DNA from: Solirubrobacteraceae bacterium
Lineage (GTDB): Bacteria; Actinomycetota; Thermoleophilia; Solirubrobacterales; Solirubrobacteraceae
Assembly (NCBI GenBank): GCA_036264175.1
Contig: DATARK010000050.1
Span: forward strand, 2,105-66,104
Direction: 5' to 3'
Length of the DNA: 64,000 nt
Below are positions 11,274 through 21,816 of the stretch, piece after piece. Under the pieces are notes generated by a model that searched no databases, was not told the origin of the DNA, and worked only from the letters and a program-made list of their open reading frames with translations. The stretch's first letter is position 1. Every line of letters starts with the position of its first letter. Position numbers and translations under genes: made by a program.

Positions 11274-11756
11274 ATGTACGCGATCGTCAAGACAGGTGGC
11301 AAGCAGTACCGCGTCGAGCGCGGCCAGCGCCTGCTGGTCGAGCGCCTCGCGGCCAAAGAGGGCGCGGACGTGGCGCTGGAGCCGATTCTCTACCGCTCTG
11401 AGGAGCCGGTCTTCGACAAGGCGGGCCTGGAGACGGTCAAGGTGACGGCGAAGGTCGTGGCGCACGTGCGCGGCGAGAAGCTGCGCGTGTTCAAGTTCAA
11501 GCCCAAGCGCGGCTACAAGCGCCGCACCGGCCACCGCCAGGACCTGACGCAGATCGAGGTCACCGAGATCACGCAGGGCAAAGCCAAAGCGGCGGCGAAA
11601 GCCACTGCTGACAAACCGGCAGCGGCCAAAGCGTCGGCCGACAAACAGCCGGCGGCCAAAGCGCCCGCCAAAGCGCCCGCGCAGGCCAAAGCCAAACCGG
11701 CCGCCAAAGCGGCCAAAGCTTCCAAAGCGAAGGAGGAGTCGGCAGATGGCTCATAA
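11274..11756 (+). CDS. rplU: 50S ribosomal protein L21 with Lys/Ala-rich C-terminal extension
   Basis: [16 protein letters not shown]. Confidence 0.97.
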   Translation: MYAIVKTGGKQYRVERGQRLLVERLAAKEGADVALEPILYRSEEPVFDKAGLETVKVTAKVVAHVRGEKLRVFKFKPKRGYKRRTGHRQDLTQIEVTEITQGKAKAAAKATADKPAAAKASADKQPAAKAPAKAPAQAKAKPAAKAAKASKAKEESADGS

Positions 11757-12009
11757 GAAGGGGCTCGGCTCCAGCCGCAACGGGCGCGACTCCAACGCGC
11801 AGCGCCTCGGCGTGAAGACCTTCGCCGGCCAGGTCGTGAGCGGCGGCGAGATCATCGTGCGCCAGCGCGGCACACGCTTCCGTCCTGGCGCCGGCGTGGG
11901 CATCGGCAAGGACGACACGCTCTACGCGCGCGCTGCCGGCACCGTGCAGTTCACGACAGGCCGCCGCGGGCGCACGGTCAGCGTGCTGCCCGACGACTCG
12001 TCCTCCTAG
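11746..12009 (+). CDS. rpmA: 50S ribosomal protein L27
   Basis: [16 protein letters not shown]; SD AAGGAGGAG. Confidence 0.98.
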   Translation: MAHKKGLGSSRNGRDSNAQRLGVKTFAGQVVSGGEIIVRQRGTRFRPGAGVGIGKDDTLYARAAGTVQFTTGRRGRTVSVLPDDSSS

Positions 12010-12012
12010 GGC

Positions 12013-12396
12013 TTGGCGGTGAGTCCGCGACGGCTCGCCGGCCTGCTCGGCGCCGGGCGCGCCGCGCTGGGCGTCGCCGTGCTGTCAGCGCCGGAGTCGG
12101 TGACCTCGCACTGGTTGGGCGAGGACAACGCCTCACATCCGGCCGTGCGCTACCTCGCACGCTCGCTGGGCGCGCGCGACCTCGCGCTGGGCGTGCTTGC
12201 ATGGCGCACGCTCGACGACGCGCGCGTGGGGCCGCAGGTCGCGGTCGCCTGCGCCGTCGCCGACGCGGTCGATGCGCTGGCGACCGTCGCGGTCAGCTCC
12301 AAGCTGCCGCGCGTGGGCGCGATCGGCACGGTCGCCGTGGCCGGCGCCGCGGCCGTCGCCGGTCTGTACGTCGCACGCCAGCTCGCCGACGCCTGA
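12013..12396 (+). CDS. Small membrane protein (DUF4267-like)
   Basis: GARDLALG motif, several hydrophobic helices. Confidence 0.7.
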   Translation: MAVSPRRLAGLLGAGRAALGVAVLSAPESVTSHWLGEDNASHPAVRYLARSLGARDLALGVLAWRTLDDARVGPQVAVACAVADAVDALATVAVSSKLPRVGAIGTVAVAGAAAVAGLYVARQLADA

Positions 12397-12423
12397 GCGC
12401 GCCGCGCGCGCGAACGGGCCGTG

Positions 12424-13134
12424 CTAGCCCTGCTGTGCGGTGGGGCGCACGAGGATCTCGTTGACGTTCACGTGCGGCGGCTGTGAGATCGCGTAGATGA
12501 CCGCGCGCGCGATGTCGTCGTCGTGCAGCGCGTCCTGCGGTCGATTGTCGAAGAACGGCGTGTCGACCATGCCGGGCTCGATCAGCGTGACGCGGATGCC
12601 CGTGCCGTGCAGGTCCTGGCGCGCGGCCTCGCCCATCGCCGTGACGGCATGCTTCGTGCACGAGTACATCGAGCCCGGCAGCGCGCGGCGGCCGGCCACG
12701 CTGGACGTCAGCAGCAGGTGCCCGCCCGACTCTGTCAGCGCGGGAATCGTCGCGCGCAGCGTCAGCGCGGCGCCATAGACATTCGTCAGGACCATCTCGC
12801 GCCAGTGCTCGGGCGTGTCGTTGAGAAAGCCGCGCGGGCCGCCGAAGCCGGCGTTGGCGAACGCCGCGTCGAGCTGACCGAAGGCCTGCAGCGTGGCGGT
12901 GACGAGCTGCTGCTGGGCATCCCAGTCGGTCACGTCGCATTGCACGGCGATCGCCCGATCGGCGCCGCCGAGTTCCTCGGCAAGGCCCTCCAGGCGCTCG
13001 CGCGAGCGCGCCGCCAGCGCCAGGCGCCAGCCGGCTGCAGCGGCGTGTCGCGCGGTCGCTGCGCCGATGCCCGACGAGGCGCCGGTGATCAACAGGACTG
13101 GGTCGTCGGCCGGGGCGGCTTGATCGGCGCTCAT
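12424..13134 (-). CDS. SDR family oxidoreductase (YdfG-like)
   Basis: TGASSGIG, NAG, YSCTK, VNEILVRP. Confidence 0.92.
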   Translation of the reverse strand: MSADQAAPADDPVLLITGASSGIGAATARHAAAAGWRLALAARSRERLEGLAEELGGADRAIAVQCDVTDWDAQQQLVTATLQAFGQLDAAFANAGFGGPRGFLNDTPEHWREMVLTNVYGAALTLRATIPALTESGGHLLLTSSVAGRRALPGSMYSCTKHAVTAMGEAARQDLHGTGIRVTLIEPGMVDTPFFDNRPQDALHDDDIARAVIYAISQPPHVNVNEILVRPTAQQG

Positions 13135-13231
13135 GATCGGTCAGCTCCTTGCTCGGAAATCGCTCGTGATGGCCCCATCTAGCCACATTCGCGCGGCGGG
13201 CGCGCACCCGACGGCTGTCACGATGGTGCGC

Positions 13232-14596
13232 ATGCTTCACGATCGCGCGCGGATCCACGTTCAGGCGGGTGCCGGCGGCGACGGCTGCATGAGCTTTCGC
13301 CGCGAAGCCAAGGTGCCGCGTGGCGGTCCCGACGGCGGCGACGGCGGGCGCGGCGGCGAGATCGTGCTCGTCTGCGACGACTCGCTGCGCGATCTGCAGA
13401 GTTTCAAGCGCAAGTCCCACCATCACGCCGGACGCGGCGGGCACGGCGAAGGCGCGCAGCGCCACGGCGCCGACGGGCAGACGCTGGCGATCGGCGTGCC
13501 GCCGGGCACGCAGATCGCAGCCGCGGCCGACGAGGGCGGCGACCTGGCCGGGCGGCGCTGGGAACTGCTCGCGCACGGCCAGCGCGCGACCGTCGCCCGC
13601 GGCGGCTCGGGCGGTAAGGGCAACAAGCGCTTTGCCACGCCCACGCGCCAGGCGCCGCGCTTTGCCGAGCGCGGCCTGCCCGGCGAGCAGGGCTGGCTGG
13701 AGCTGACGCTCAAGCTGCTCGCCGACGTCGGCCTGGTCGGGCTGCCCAACGCCGGCAAGTCTTCCCTGCTGGCGCGCCTGACGCGCGCGGCACCGAAGGT
13801 CGCCGACTATCCCTTCACGACGCTGTCGCCGGTGCTCGGCGTGCTCGAGGGCGAGGACCGCCAGCTGGTGCTGGCCGACATCCCCGGCCTGATTGAGGGC
13901 GCGAGCGAGGGCGCCGGCCTCGGCCACGACTTCCTCGCGCACGTCGAGCGCACGCGCCTACTGGTGCACGTTCTCGATATCGCGCCAGAGCTGACCGGCG
14001 GCGACGACGCCGAGGTGAACCACGCGACGATCGAGCGCGAGCTCGCCGCTCACGACGCGCACCTGGCCCAGCTGCCGCGCGTGCTCGCGCTGTCGAAGTG
14101 CGATCTGGTCGACGAGCAGGTCGTACAGCAGGCCGTCGAGCGATGGCGCGAGCGTCTGGGGGAGGCGGTGCCGGTGATCGCGACCTCCAGCGCCACGGGT
14201 GCCGGCGTGCGTGAGCTGGCCAACGAGCTGCTGCGCAGCGTGCCGGCGATCGCTGCTGAGAGTGCCGGCGAGGGGGAGGGGCAAGCGGCAGCGGGCACGG
14301 GCTCGATGAGCAACGGGGACGAGGAGCTCGCCGAGCACATGGTCTTTCGCCCGGCCGGCGACAGCGGCTTCAGCGTCGAGCGCGTCGGGCCACGATCATT
14401 TGCCGTGCGCGGTCGCGGCATCGAGCGGCTGATGGCGCGCTATGACGTCGACAACGACGATGCGATGGCCTACTTCGAGCAGCGACTGCGTCGCATCGGC
14501 GTGCTGCGCGCGCTGGAGTCCAAGGGCTTCTCACCGGGAGACGAGATCGAGATCGCCGGCGTGACCTTCGAGCTCGACCCCGGCGCGCCGGCCTAG
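13232..14596 (+). CDS. obgE: GTPase ObgE/CgtA
   Basis: GGPDGGDGGRGG, GLPNAGKS, YPFTTL, DIPGLIEG; C-terminal OCT domain. Confidence 0.96.
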   Translation: MLHDRARIHVQAGAGGDGCMSFRREAKVPRGGPDGGDGGRGGEIVLVCDDSLRDLQSFKRKSHHHAGRGGHGEGAQRHGADGQTLAIGVPPGTQIAAAADEGGDLAGRRWELLAHGQRATVARGGSGGKGNKRFATPTRQAPRFAERGLPGEQGWLELTLKLLADVGLVGLPNAGKSSLLARLTRAAPKVADYPFTTLSPVLGVLEGEDRQLVLADIPGLIEGASEGAGLGHDFLAHVERTRLLVHVLDIAPELTGGDDAEVNHATIERELAAHDAHLAQLPRVLALSKCDLVDEQVVQQAVERWRERLGEAVPVIATSSATGAGVRELANELLRSVPAIAAESAGEGEGQAAAGTGSMSNGDEELAEHMVFRPAGDSGFSVERVGPRSFAVRGRGIERLMARYDVDNDDAMAYFEQRLRRIGVLRALESKGFSPGDEIEIAGVTFELDPGAPA

Positions 14597-14627
14597 CGCG
14601 CTCGGCGTCGGCAAATAAGCTCCAGTC

Positions 14628-15737
14628 ATGAGACGCGTGGTCGTGAAGCTCGGCTCCAGCGTGGTCGCCGACAGTGACGGCGAGCCGCGCGTCGACGTCC
14701 TGCGCAACGTCTGCGACGCGCTTGCCGACGTGCACGGTCAGGGCGGCGAGGCAATTGTCGTGACCAGCGGCGCGATCGCGCGCGGCATGCGCGTGATGGA
14801 CCTGCCGCAGCGCCCGAGCTCGATTCGCGAGCTGCAGGCGGCCAGCGCGGTCGGCCAGGGCAAGCTCTATCGGATCTATGACGAGCTGCTGCGCGAGCGC
14901 GGCGTGACCAGCGCGCAGGTGCTGCTGACGTTCTTCGACATGAGCGCGCGCACGCACTACCTCAACGCGCGCCAGACGCTGACGACGCTGCTGGAGTGGC
15001 GCGTGCTGCCGGTGATCAACGAGAACGACACGACCGCAACCGACGAGATCTCCTTTGGCGACAACGACTTCCTTGCGGCGCAGGTGGCGGTGCTCGTCGG
15101 CGCCGACGAGCTGATCCTTTTGACGGACATCGACGGGCTGTACACGGCCGACCCGCGCCTGTATCCCGACGCGAAGATCGTGCGCGAGGTCGACGACTTC
15201 GCCGGACTGCAGGAGCTGGAGATCGGCCACACGACCTCGCCGCTGGGCTCGGGCGGCATGCGCTCGAAGGTCGTCGCCGCCGACATGGCGACCGCCGCGG
15301 GAATCGCCACGGTGATCTGCAACGGCGTGCGCGCCGACGCTCTGCCGGCGGTCCTCGCCGGCGAGCGCGAGGGCACGCGCTTTGCCGCGCGCGAGGCGCG
15401 CTACAGCTCCTTCAAGCTGTGGCTGAAGTACGCAAAGCCCTCGCGTGGGACGCTCGTGGTCGACGCCGGCGCGGCGCGCGCGGTGCGCGAGGGCAGCGCC
15501 AGCCTGCTGCCGGTGGGAGTCGTCGAGGTGCTCGGCGAATTCGACGCCGGAGACGCCGTGGACATCGCCGAGGCAGAGGGCGACGACGGTGCCGGGCCGA
15601 CGCTGGGGAAGGGCATCTGCAACTACTCCGCAGACGAGCTGCGCCGCGTGCAGGGCATGAAGTCCGCGGCCGCGCGCGACGTGCTGCCACGCGCCAGCGA
15701 GGAGGCCGTGCATCGCGACTACCTCGTGGTCGACTGA
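14628..15737 (+). CDS. proB: Glutamate 5-kinase with PUA domain
   Basis: VVKLGSS, VTSGAI, INEND, FGDND, GSGGMRSK. Confidence 0.96.
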   Translation: MRRVVVKLGSSVVADSDGEPRVDVLRNVCDALADVHGQGGEAIVVTSGAIARGMRVMDLPQRPSSIRELQAASAVGQGKLYRIYDELLRERGVTSAQVLLTFFDMSARTHYLNARQTLTTLLEWRVLPVINENDTTATDEISFGDNDFLAAQVAVLVGADELILLTDIDGLYTADPRLYPDAKIVREVDDFAGLQELEIGHTTSPLGSGGMRSKVVAADMATAAGIATVICNGVRADALPAVLAGEREGTRFAAREARYSSFKLWLKYAKPSRGTLVVDAGAARAVREGSASLLPVGVVEVLGEFDAGDAVDIAEAEGDDGAGPTLGKGICNYSADELRRVQGMKSAAARDVLPRASEEAVHRDYLVVD

Positions 15738-15759
15738 GGGGTCGTACCCTTAAGTGGCC

Positions 15760-17046
15760 ATGGCCACCGCCGTAACCTCCGTCGCCGACGTCTGCCGCGC
15801 GGCCAAGCGGGCCGCGCGCGTGCTCGCGCGGCTGGACTCTGACGTCAAGGACGCCGCGCTGGAGGCAATAGCGGCCGCGCTGGAGGAGTGCCTTGTCGAG
15901 ATCCTGCAGGCCAACGAGCGCGACATGCACAGCGGCCGTGAGAACCAGCTCGGCGACGCGCTGCTGGACCGGCTGCGTCTGGACGAGCAGCGGGTGCTGG
16001 CGATCGCCGCCGCCGTTCGCCAGATCGCCGCGCTCGCCGATCCGGTAGGCGAGCTGATCGACGGACGGCGCCTGCCCAACGGCCTGGACGTGCGCAAGGT
16101 GCGCGTGCCGCTGGGAGTCGTCGCGGTCGTCTACGAGGCACGGCCGAACGTCACGATCGACGCGGCCGCGCTGTGTTTGAAGTCCGGCAATGCGATCGTC
16201 CTGCGCGGCTCCTCCTCGGCCGAGCACTCCAACGCCGCGCTCGCGCAGATCGCCTCCGAGGCGACCGTCGCCGCCGGCCTGCCCGAGGGCTGCGTGAGCC
16301 TCGTCGCAGGCGGCGGCCGCGAGGAGCTGGCCGAGCTGGCGACGCAGAAGGACAGCGTCGATCTGATCATTCCGCGCGGCGGCGAGGGTTTGAAGGCGGC
16401 GCTGCAGGCCGTGGCAACGGTGCCCGTGATCTATGCCGCTTCAGGAAACTGCCATGTGTTCGTCGACGCCACGGCGCCGCTGGAGCGCGCCGAGGCGATT
16501 GTGCTCAACGCCAAGGTCCAGCGCCCGGGCGTGTGCAACGCGGCCGAGACGCTGCTCGTGCACGAGCGCATCGCAGCGCAGTTCCTGCCGAGCGTCGTCG
16601 AGTCGCTGCAGGCGGCGGGCGTGCTCGTGCGCGGCGACGAGCGCACGCTCGCGCTGGTGGCCGCGGGCGATCGGCCACACTCCGATGCGCTGCTGGAGCA
16701 GGCCGACGAGCAGGACTGGGCGACGGAGTACCTGGGCATGACGCTCGCCGTGCGCGTGGTCGACTCCCTGGAGGACGCGATCGGACACATCGACAGCTAC
16801 GGCAGCGGCCACTCCGAGGCGATCGTCACGCAGGACGCAGCGTCGGCGCGCGCGTTCGAGCTGGGCGTCGACGCGGCGTGCGTGTACGTCAACGCCTCCA
16901 CGCGCTTCACCGACGGCGGCGAGTTCGGACTCGGAGCGGAGATCGGAAACTCGACCCAGAAGCTTCACGTGCGCGGCCCGATCGCGCTGCGCGAGCTGTG
17001 CACGTTCAAGTACCTGGTGGAGGGCGACGGACAGATCCGTGCCTGA
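15760..17046 (+). CDS. proA: Glutamate-5-semialdehyde dehydrogenase
   Basis: YEARPNVT, IPRGG, VCNAAE, NASTRFTDGGEFG, STQKLH.RGP. Confidence 0.96.
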   Translation: MATAVTSVADVCRAAKRAARVLARLDSDVKDAALEAIAAALEECLVEILQANERDMHSGRENQLGDALLDRLRLDEQRVLAIAAAVRQIAALADPVGELIDGRRLPNGLDVRKVRVPLGVVAVVYEARPNVTIDAAALCLKSGNAIVLRGSSSAEHSNAALAQIASEATVAAGLPEGCVSLVAGGGREELAELATQKDSVDLIIPRGGEGLKAALQAVATVPVIYAASGNCHVFVDATAPLERAEAIVLNAKVQRPGVCNAAETLLVHERIAAQFLPSVVESLQAAGVLVRGDERTLALVAAGDRPHSDALLEQADEQDWATEYLGMTLAVRVVDSLEDAIGHIDSYGSGHSEAIVTQDAASARAFELGVDAACVYVNASTRFTDGGEFGLGAEIGNSTQKLHVRGPIALRELCTFKYLVEGDGQIRA

Positions 17047-17704
17047 ACGCCCGCCGTCGCCGACGGCGCCGACGCCGCGCGAGCTCGGCTCGCTGGGCAT
17101 TCTCGGCGGGACCTTCAACCCGCCGCATCTGGGCCACCTGGCGATCGCACGCCACGCCTTGACACAGCTGCGGCTGCAGCAAGTCGCGCTCGTGCCCGCA
17201 CGCCGCCCCCCGCACAAGCCGATCGAGCAGGACCCGGGCTGTGAACGCCGCCTGGAGTTGTGCCGGCTGCTCGTGGAGGGGTGCGAGGGCCTGAGCGTGT
17301 GTGCGCTGGAGGCAGAGCGCGACGGGCCGTCCTATACCGTGGATACCTTGGAGTCCATACATGCCAGCCATCCGCAGGCCGAGCTGACGCTGATCGTGGG
17401 AGCCGACATCGCCGCGACGCTGGCGGGATGGCATGAGCCGCAGCGGCTGATCGAGTTGGCGTCACTGGCCGTGGCCGAGCGTCCGGGCAGCGACCGCGGC
17501 GCGGTCGTGAAATCACTCGGCGCACTCGGCGAGCACGCGCGTGTGAGCTTTTTGGACGCGCCAGCTGTCGACGTGTCCTCCTCGCTGGTGCGCGAGCGTG
17601 TCCGCGCCGGATCGGCGATCGCCGGGCTGGTCGGCGACGCGGTCGCCGGCTACGTCGCCGAGCACGGGCTCTACCAAGCGCGCGTGCAGGCGCCGAGCCG
17701 ATGA
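17039..17704 (+). CDS. nadD: Nicotinate-nucleotide adenylyltransferase
   Basis: GILGGTFNPPHLGH, PPHK, SYTVDTL, VSSS.VR. Confidence 0.95.
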   Translation: MPERPPSPTAPTPRELGSLGILGGTFNPPHLGHLAIARHALTQLRLQQVALVPARRPPHKPIEQDPGCERRLELCRLLVEGCEGLSVCALEAERDGPSYTVDTLESIHASHPQAELTLIVGADIAATLAGWHEPQRLIELASLAVAERPGSDRGAVVKSLGALGEHARVSFLDAPAVDVSSSLVRERVRAGSAIAGLVGDAVAGYVAEHGLYQARVQAPSR

Positions 17705-18063
17705 GCGAGCCGCTGCAGGGAGCCGAGCTGCTCGCTGAGATCGCGCGTTTGGCGGCCGACAAGAAGGCGATCGACGTGGTCGAACTGGACCTGCGCGGCG
17801 TGCTCGGCTACACCGACTACTTCCTGGTCTGCGCGGGCAACACGACGCGTCAGACGAAGGCCATCCACGATGGCATCCTGGAAGGGCTCAAGCAGGAGCA
17901 CGCGACCGCGCCGCGGCGCGTCGAGGGCGTCTCGCGCGCGGACTGGATCCTGATGGACTACCTGGACGTCGTGGTGCACATCTTCACGCCGGAGGCGCGC
18001 GACTTCTACCGACTCGAGCAGCTGTGGGGCGAGGCGCCGGCGCGCGTTGCGGACCACGCTTAG
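17701..18063 (+). CDS. rsfS: Ribosome silencing factor
   Basis: DKKA.D, WILMDYLDVVVHIF, R.FY.LE.LW. Confidence 0.95.
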   Translation: MSEPLQGAELLAEIARLAADKKAIDVVELDLRGVLGYTDYFLVCAGNTTRQTKAIHDGILEGLKQEHATAPRRVEGVSRADWILMDYLDVVVHIFTPEARDFYRLEQLWGEAPARVADHA

Positions 18064-18232
18064 CGGACGGCCGGGCGCGGGGTCAGAGACGTCGGCGAAG
18101 CGCCGGCACGCCGAAAAGTCCGCAAGCTGGCGGCTGGACGACCGTCGCATTGATCTGCATCGTGCGCTGCGAATAGGGTGGCCGCGACAGCGCCTGCGAG
18201 TGGCGCAAGGCGCATTGAAGGGGGAGAGAACC

Positions 18233-19468
18233 ATGCATGCATTCTCGGCTGCTCGCAGCCGGCAGATGTCGTTTGCCGCGGTCGTCCTGCTCACGCTCGC
18301 GGCGCTGGCCTGGTGCCTGAGCTCGCTCACTGCGCAGGCGCGCGCCGACGGCCCCGGCTCCGGCTCGCCCTGGACGGCGAGCCTGGGCGACTCCTACATC
18401 TCCGGCGAGGCCGGGCGCTGGGCCGGCAACACCAACGGCAGCTCGTCAAAGATCGACGCGCTCGGCAGCAAAGCCTATGACGACAACTCCAGCGGCACGG
18501 CCGAACAGATCGCCGGCTGCCACCGCTCCAAAGCGGCCGAGGTGTACATCGGCGGCGGCGTCAGCGGCGTGAACCTCGCCTGCTCGGGCGCCAAGACCTC
18601 GACCTTCACCGAAGGCAGCACGTTCAAGCCGGGTCTGGACTTCTACAACTCCGGCGGCAAAGAAGGCCAGGCGCTGCTGCTGCAGCATTTCGCCGCTACG
18701 CACAACGTCAAGCTCGTGGCCGTTTCGATCGGCGGCAACAACTTCAACTTCGCGAGCATCGTGCAGACGTGCGTCGAGGACTGGCTGCTGTCGCCGTCGT
18801 GGTGGCCCAACTACTGCAACGACGACAGCTCGGTGACGAGCAACTTCACGTCGAGCAACGTCAGCAGGGTCAAGGGCGAAATCACGACGGCGGTCAAGAA
18901 CGTCGCGCAGGCGATGACCAACGCCGGCTACTCCAGCTCGCAGTACTCGATCGTCGTGCAGGACTACCCCTCGCCGATTCCCAACGGCTCGGGTTTCCGC
19001 TACTCGCAGAGCGGCTACACCCGACAGGAAGTCGGCGGCTGCGGCTTCTGGAACAACGACGCCAACTACGCCAACGAAAAAATGCTGCCGACGATCGACA
19101 GCACGGTGTTCGGTGCCGCCAGCGCGACGGGCCTGTCGAACCTCAAGACGCTGAACTTGGCGTCGGCGTTCAACGGCAGGCGGCTGTGTGAGAAAGGCGT
19201 TGGGCTGCTCGAGGAAGAGGGCCTGTCCTCCTGGACGAGCGCGGGCGCGGTCGACAAAACCGAGTGGATCAACCAGATTCGCACGATCACCGCGATCTTC
19301 CCGCCGTATGAAATTCAGGAAGACATCCATCCCAACTACTGGGGCGAGCTGGCGCTGCGCAACTGCCTCACGCAGGCCTACAACGCGGGCACGCCCAAGG
19401 GCGGTGCCTGCACGATCGCCTCGACCGGCCTGAACGCGGCCGGCGAGCCGAACATGTCGCTGCACTAG
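18233..19468 (+). CDS. Secreted SGNH/GDSL-like hydrolase
   Basis: Signal peptide; SLGDSYISGE, NLACSGA, SIGGNN, DIHPN; SD GGGGGAG. Confidence 0.8.
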   Translation: MHAFSAARSRQMSFAAVVLLTLAALAWCLSSLTAQARADGPGSGSPWTASLGDSYISGEAGRWAGNTNGSSSKIDALGSKAYDDNSSGTAEQIAGCHRSKAAEVYIGGGVSGVNLACSGAKTSTFTEGSTFKPGLDFYNSGGKEGQALLLQHFAATHNVKLVAVSIGGNNFNFASIVQTCVEDWLLSPSWWPNYCNDDSSVTSNFTSSNVSRVKGEITTAVKNVAQAMTNAGYSSSQYSIVVQDYPSPIPNGSGFRYSQSGYTRQEVGGCGFWNNDANYANEKMLPTIDSTVFGAASATGLSNLKTLNLASAFNGRRLCEKGVGLLEEEGLSSWTSAGAVDKTEWINQIRTITAIFPPYEIQEDIHPNYWGELALRNCLTQAYNAGTPKGGACTIASTGLNAAGEPNMSLH

Positions 19469-19565
19469 CGACGCGCACACGCGACGGGCGTCGGCCGGTC
19501 TCACGGCCGTCGCCCGGCCGTGCGGCCCCCGTGGGCCGCGCCAGACGTGCTGCGAAGATGGCACG

Positions 19566-20756
19566 GTGAGCGCCTCCGGTCACGACAGCCGACGGATCAC
19601 GGCTGTGATGCGCGAAGACGAGCGCGTGACGCCGCTCGAGCTGTTCTTCGACCTGGTGTTCGTGCTCGCGTTGACGCAGTGCACGACGCTGATCGCCCAC
19701 GACGCGACGTGGGGAGGAATGCTCAAGGGGCTGCTGGTGCTGGGCATGCTGTGGTGGTCGTGGGTGGGCTACGCGTGGCTGACGAGCGTGGTCGATCCTG
19801 AGGAGGGCACGGTGCGGCTGGTGATGTTCGTGGCGATGGCCGCGTTCTTGGTCGCGGCGCTGTGCGTCCCCGGCGCGTTCGGCGACGACGCGCTGCTGTT
19901 CGCCTGCGCCTACGCGGTCGTGCGCGTCGCACACATCGTGCTGTTCATGCTCGCCAGCCGCGACGACGGCGCGCTGCGACACTCGGTGATCGGGCTTGCG
20001 GGCAGTACGGCGGTTGGCGCGGGGCTGCTGTTCGTCGCCGCAGCCACGTCGGGCGCGGTGCAGGTGGGGCTGTGGGGTCTCGCGCTGCTGCTCGACACCG
20101 GTGGGCCGCTGCTGTTCGGCCAGGACGGCTGGAAGCTCGTCCCCGGCCACTTCGCCGAGCGCCACGGGCTGATCGTGATCATCGCGCTGGGCGAGTCGAT
20201 CGTGGCGATCGGCGTCGGCGCGAAGGCCAGCATCGGCGCCGGCGTGGTTGTCGCGGGCCTGCTCGGCGTGGCCATCGGAGCTGCCCTGTGGTGGGTGTAC
20301 TTCGACGTCACGGCGATCGTCGCGGGACGGCGACTGGCGAAAGCCGAGGAGGGCCACGAGCGCAACGGCATCGCCAGGGACTCCTACTCCTATCTGCACT
20401 TCCCGATGGTCGCCGGCATCGCGCTGATCGCGGTCGGGCTGAAGGCGACGCTCGCGCACGTCGACAGCTCGCTGAAGATCGTGCCGGCGACGGCACTGCT
20501 CGGCGGCGCCGCGCTGTACCTGCTGGCGCACGTGGCCTTTCGTCTGCGCAACATGCACACGATGAGCGTGCGGCGGCTGGTCTGCGCTGCGGTGCTGCTC
20601 GCGCTGCTGCCGGCCGGAGCGTCGCTGCCGGCGCTGTGGACACTGGGCATCCTCGCGGCGCTGCTAGCGGCCTTGATCGTCTATGAGGCTGTGCGCTATG
20701 CCGAATCGCGCGACCGCATTCGCCACGAGCTGGCACGCGAACCGATCGCCGACTAG
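19566..20756 (+). CDS. ltrA: Low temperature requirement protein A family membrane protein
   Basis: VTPLELFFDLVFV, HFAERHGL..IIALGES, WW.YF, Y.YLH. Confidence 0.9.
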   Translation: MSASGHDSRRITAVMREDERVTPLELFFDLVFVLALTQCTTLIAHDATWGGMLKGLLVLGMLWWSWVGYAWLTSVVDPEEGTVRLVMFVAMAAFLVAALCVPGAFGDDALLFACAYAVVRVAHIVLFMLASRDDGALRHSVIGLAGSTAVGAGLLFVAAATSGAVQVGLWGLALLLDTGGPLLFGQDGWKLVPGHFAERHGLIVIIALGESIVAIGVGAKASIGAGVVVAGLLGVAIGAALWWVYFDVTAIVAGRRLAKAEEGHERNGIARDSYSYLHFPMVAGIALIAVGLKATLAHVDSSLKIVPATALLGGAALYLLAHVAFRLRNMHTMSVRRLVCAAVLLALLPAGASLPALWTLGILAALLAALIVYEAVRYAESRDRIRHELAREPIAD

Positions 20757-20929
20757 CAGCGCGCCGCAGGACGACGCGCTGCGGCGTGCGAACAATGCGC
20801 GCTTCTGGCGTCGCAGAGGTGTTCTGTACTGCAGAAGACCGTGACGCCCGGCGCCAACCGGGCCGCGCTACCGATGGCTCGCTCGAGCACCGACGCTCAG
20901 GTCTGAAAATCCCGAGAGGAGGAGCGTTC

Positions 20930-21754
20930 ATGTTGCGCAGAGCAATCGCGTCGGCGGTGGTGCTTGGCCTTGCCGTTCTCGGCATCGCCTCGACCGCTGC
21001 GGCGGCGCCCACTGTCACGTTCAAAGCCAAGGCCGTGCCGATTCCGGGCTTCCGCGGCACCGGCAACATCCTCGGCGCGGGCGCCGCGCTGCAGGTCCAG
21101 TACACGATCAACGGCACCGAATACGGCGGCTTTCCTCCGCCACTGGTCGGAGTCAACTTCTACATGCCCGCCGGCACGCGGCTGCATCCGGGGGGCTTTG
21201 CAACGTGCGCGCCGGGCGCGCTGCAGAACATGGGCCCGTCGGCCTGCCCGCGACGCTCGCGCGTGACGCTATCGGGGACCGCGCTGGGCGTGGTCAGCTT
21301 CGGCCAGGAACGTGTCGAGGAGCGCGCGTCCATTCAGGCCTTCTTCGCGCCCGGCGGCGCGCTGCAGTTCTACACCCAGGGAAGCTCGCCGGTGTCGCTG
21401 GAATTCCTCTCGCCGAGCCACGTGGTCGGCTCCGCGCGGCCCTACGCACAGAAGTTCGTGACCACGGTGCCACTGATCGAAACCGTGCCCGGCGCGCCCG
21501 ATGCGTCGGCGCTGTCGATCAGCCTGAAGCTCGGCGCTGCGTTTCGCAAGCACGGCAAGCTGATCTCCTACGGAAGGATGCCCAGCCACTGCCCGAGGGG
21601 CGGCTTCCCGCTGAAGTCAGAACTGCTGTTCGCGGGGCTCGGTGGCCTGCCGCCGCAGACGGTGCCAGTCACCTACAAGGCGCCGTGTCCGACGCGCCAT
21701 CGCGCGCACAGCAGTCGACACCACCATCATCATCACCACCACCACCGCCGCTAG
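20930..21754 (+). CDS. Secreted hypothetical protein with C-terminal His9 tract
   Basis: Strong SD GAGGAGGAG; signal peptide ending AAA; four Cys; HHHHHHHHHRR terminus. Confidence 0.75.
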   Translation: MLRRAIASAVVLGLAVLGIASTAAAAPTVTFKAKAVPIPGFRGTGNILGAGAALQVQYTINGTEYGGFPPPLVGVNFYMPAGTRLHPGGFATCAPGALQNMGPSACPRRSRVTLSGTALGVVSFGQERVEERASIQAFFAPGGALQFYTQGSSPVSLEFLSPSHVVGSARPYAQKFVTTVPLIETVPGAPDASALSISLKLGAAFRKHGKLISYGRMPSHCPRGGFPLKSELLFAGLGGLPPQTVPVTYKAPCPTRHRAHSSRHHHHHHHHHRR

Positions 21755-21816
21755 CTGCCGTCTCTGCCGTCGCTGCTCGCGTACCGGCTCGGCGCGAGCC
21801 GCGGGGGTGGGGCCGC

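Noticed and set aside
18095-18230. Possible c-di-GMP-I riboswitch upstream of the SGNH hydrolase (GAAA...CGCAAG)
   Set aside because: P1/P2 stems and the tetraloop receptor could not be built
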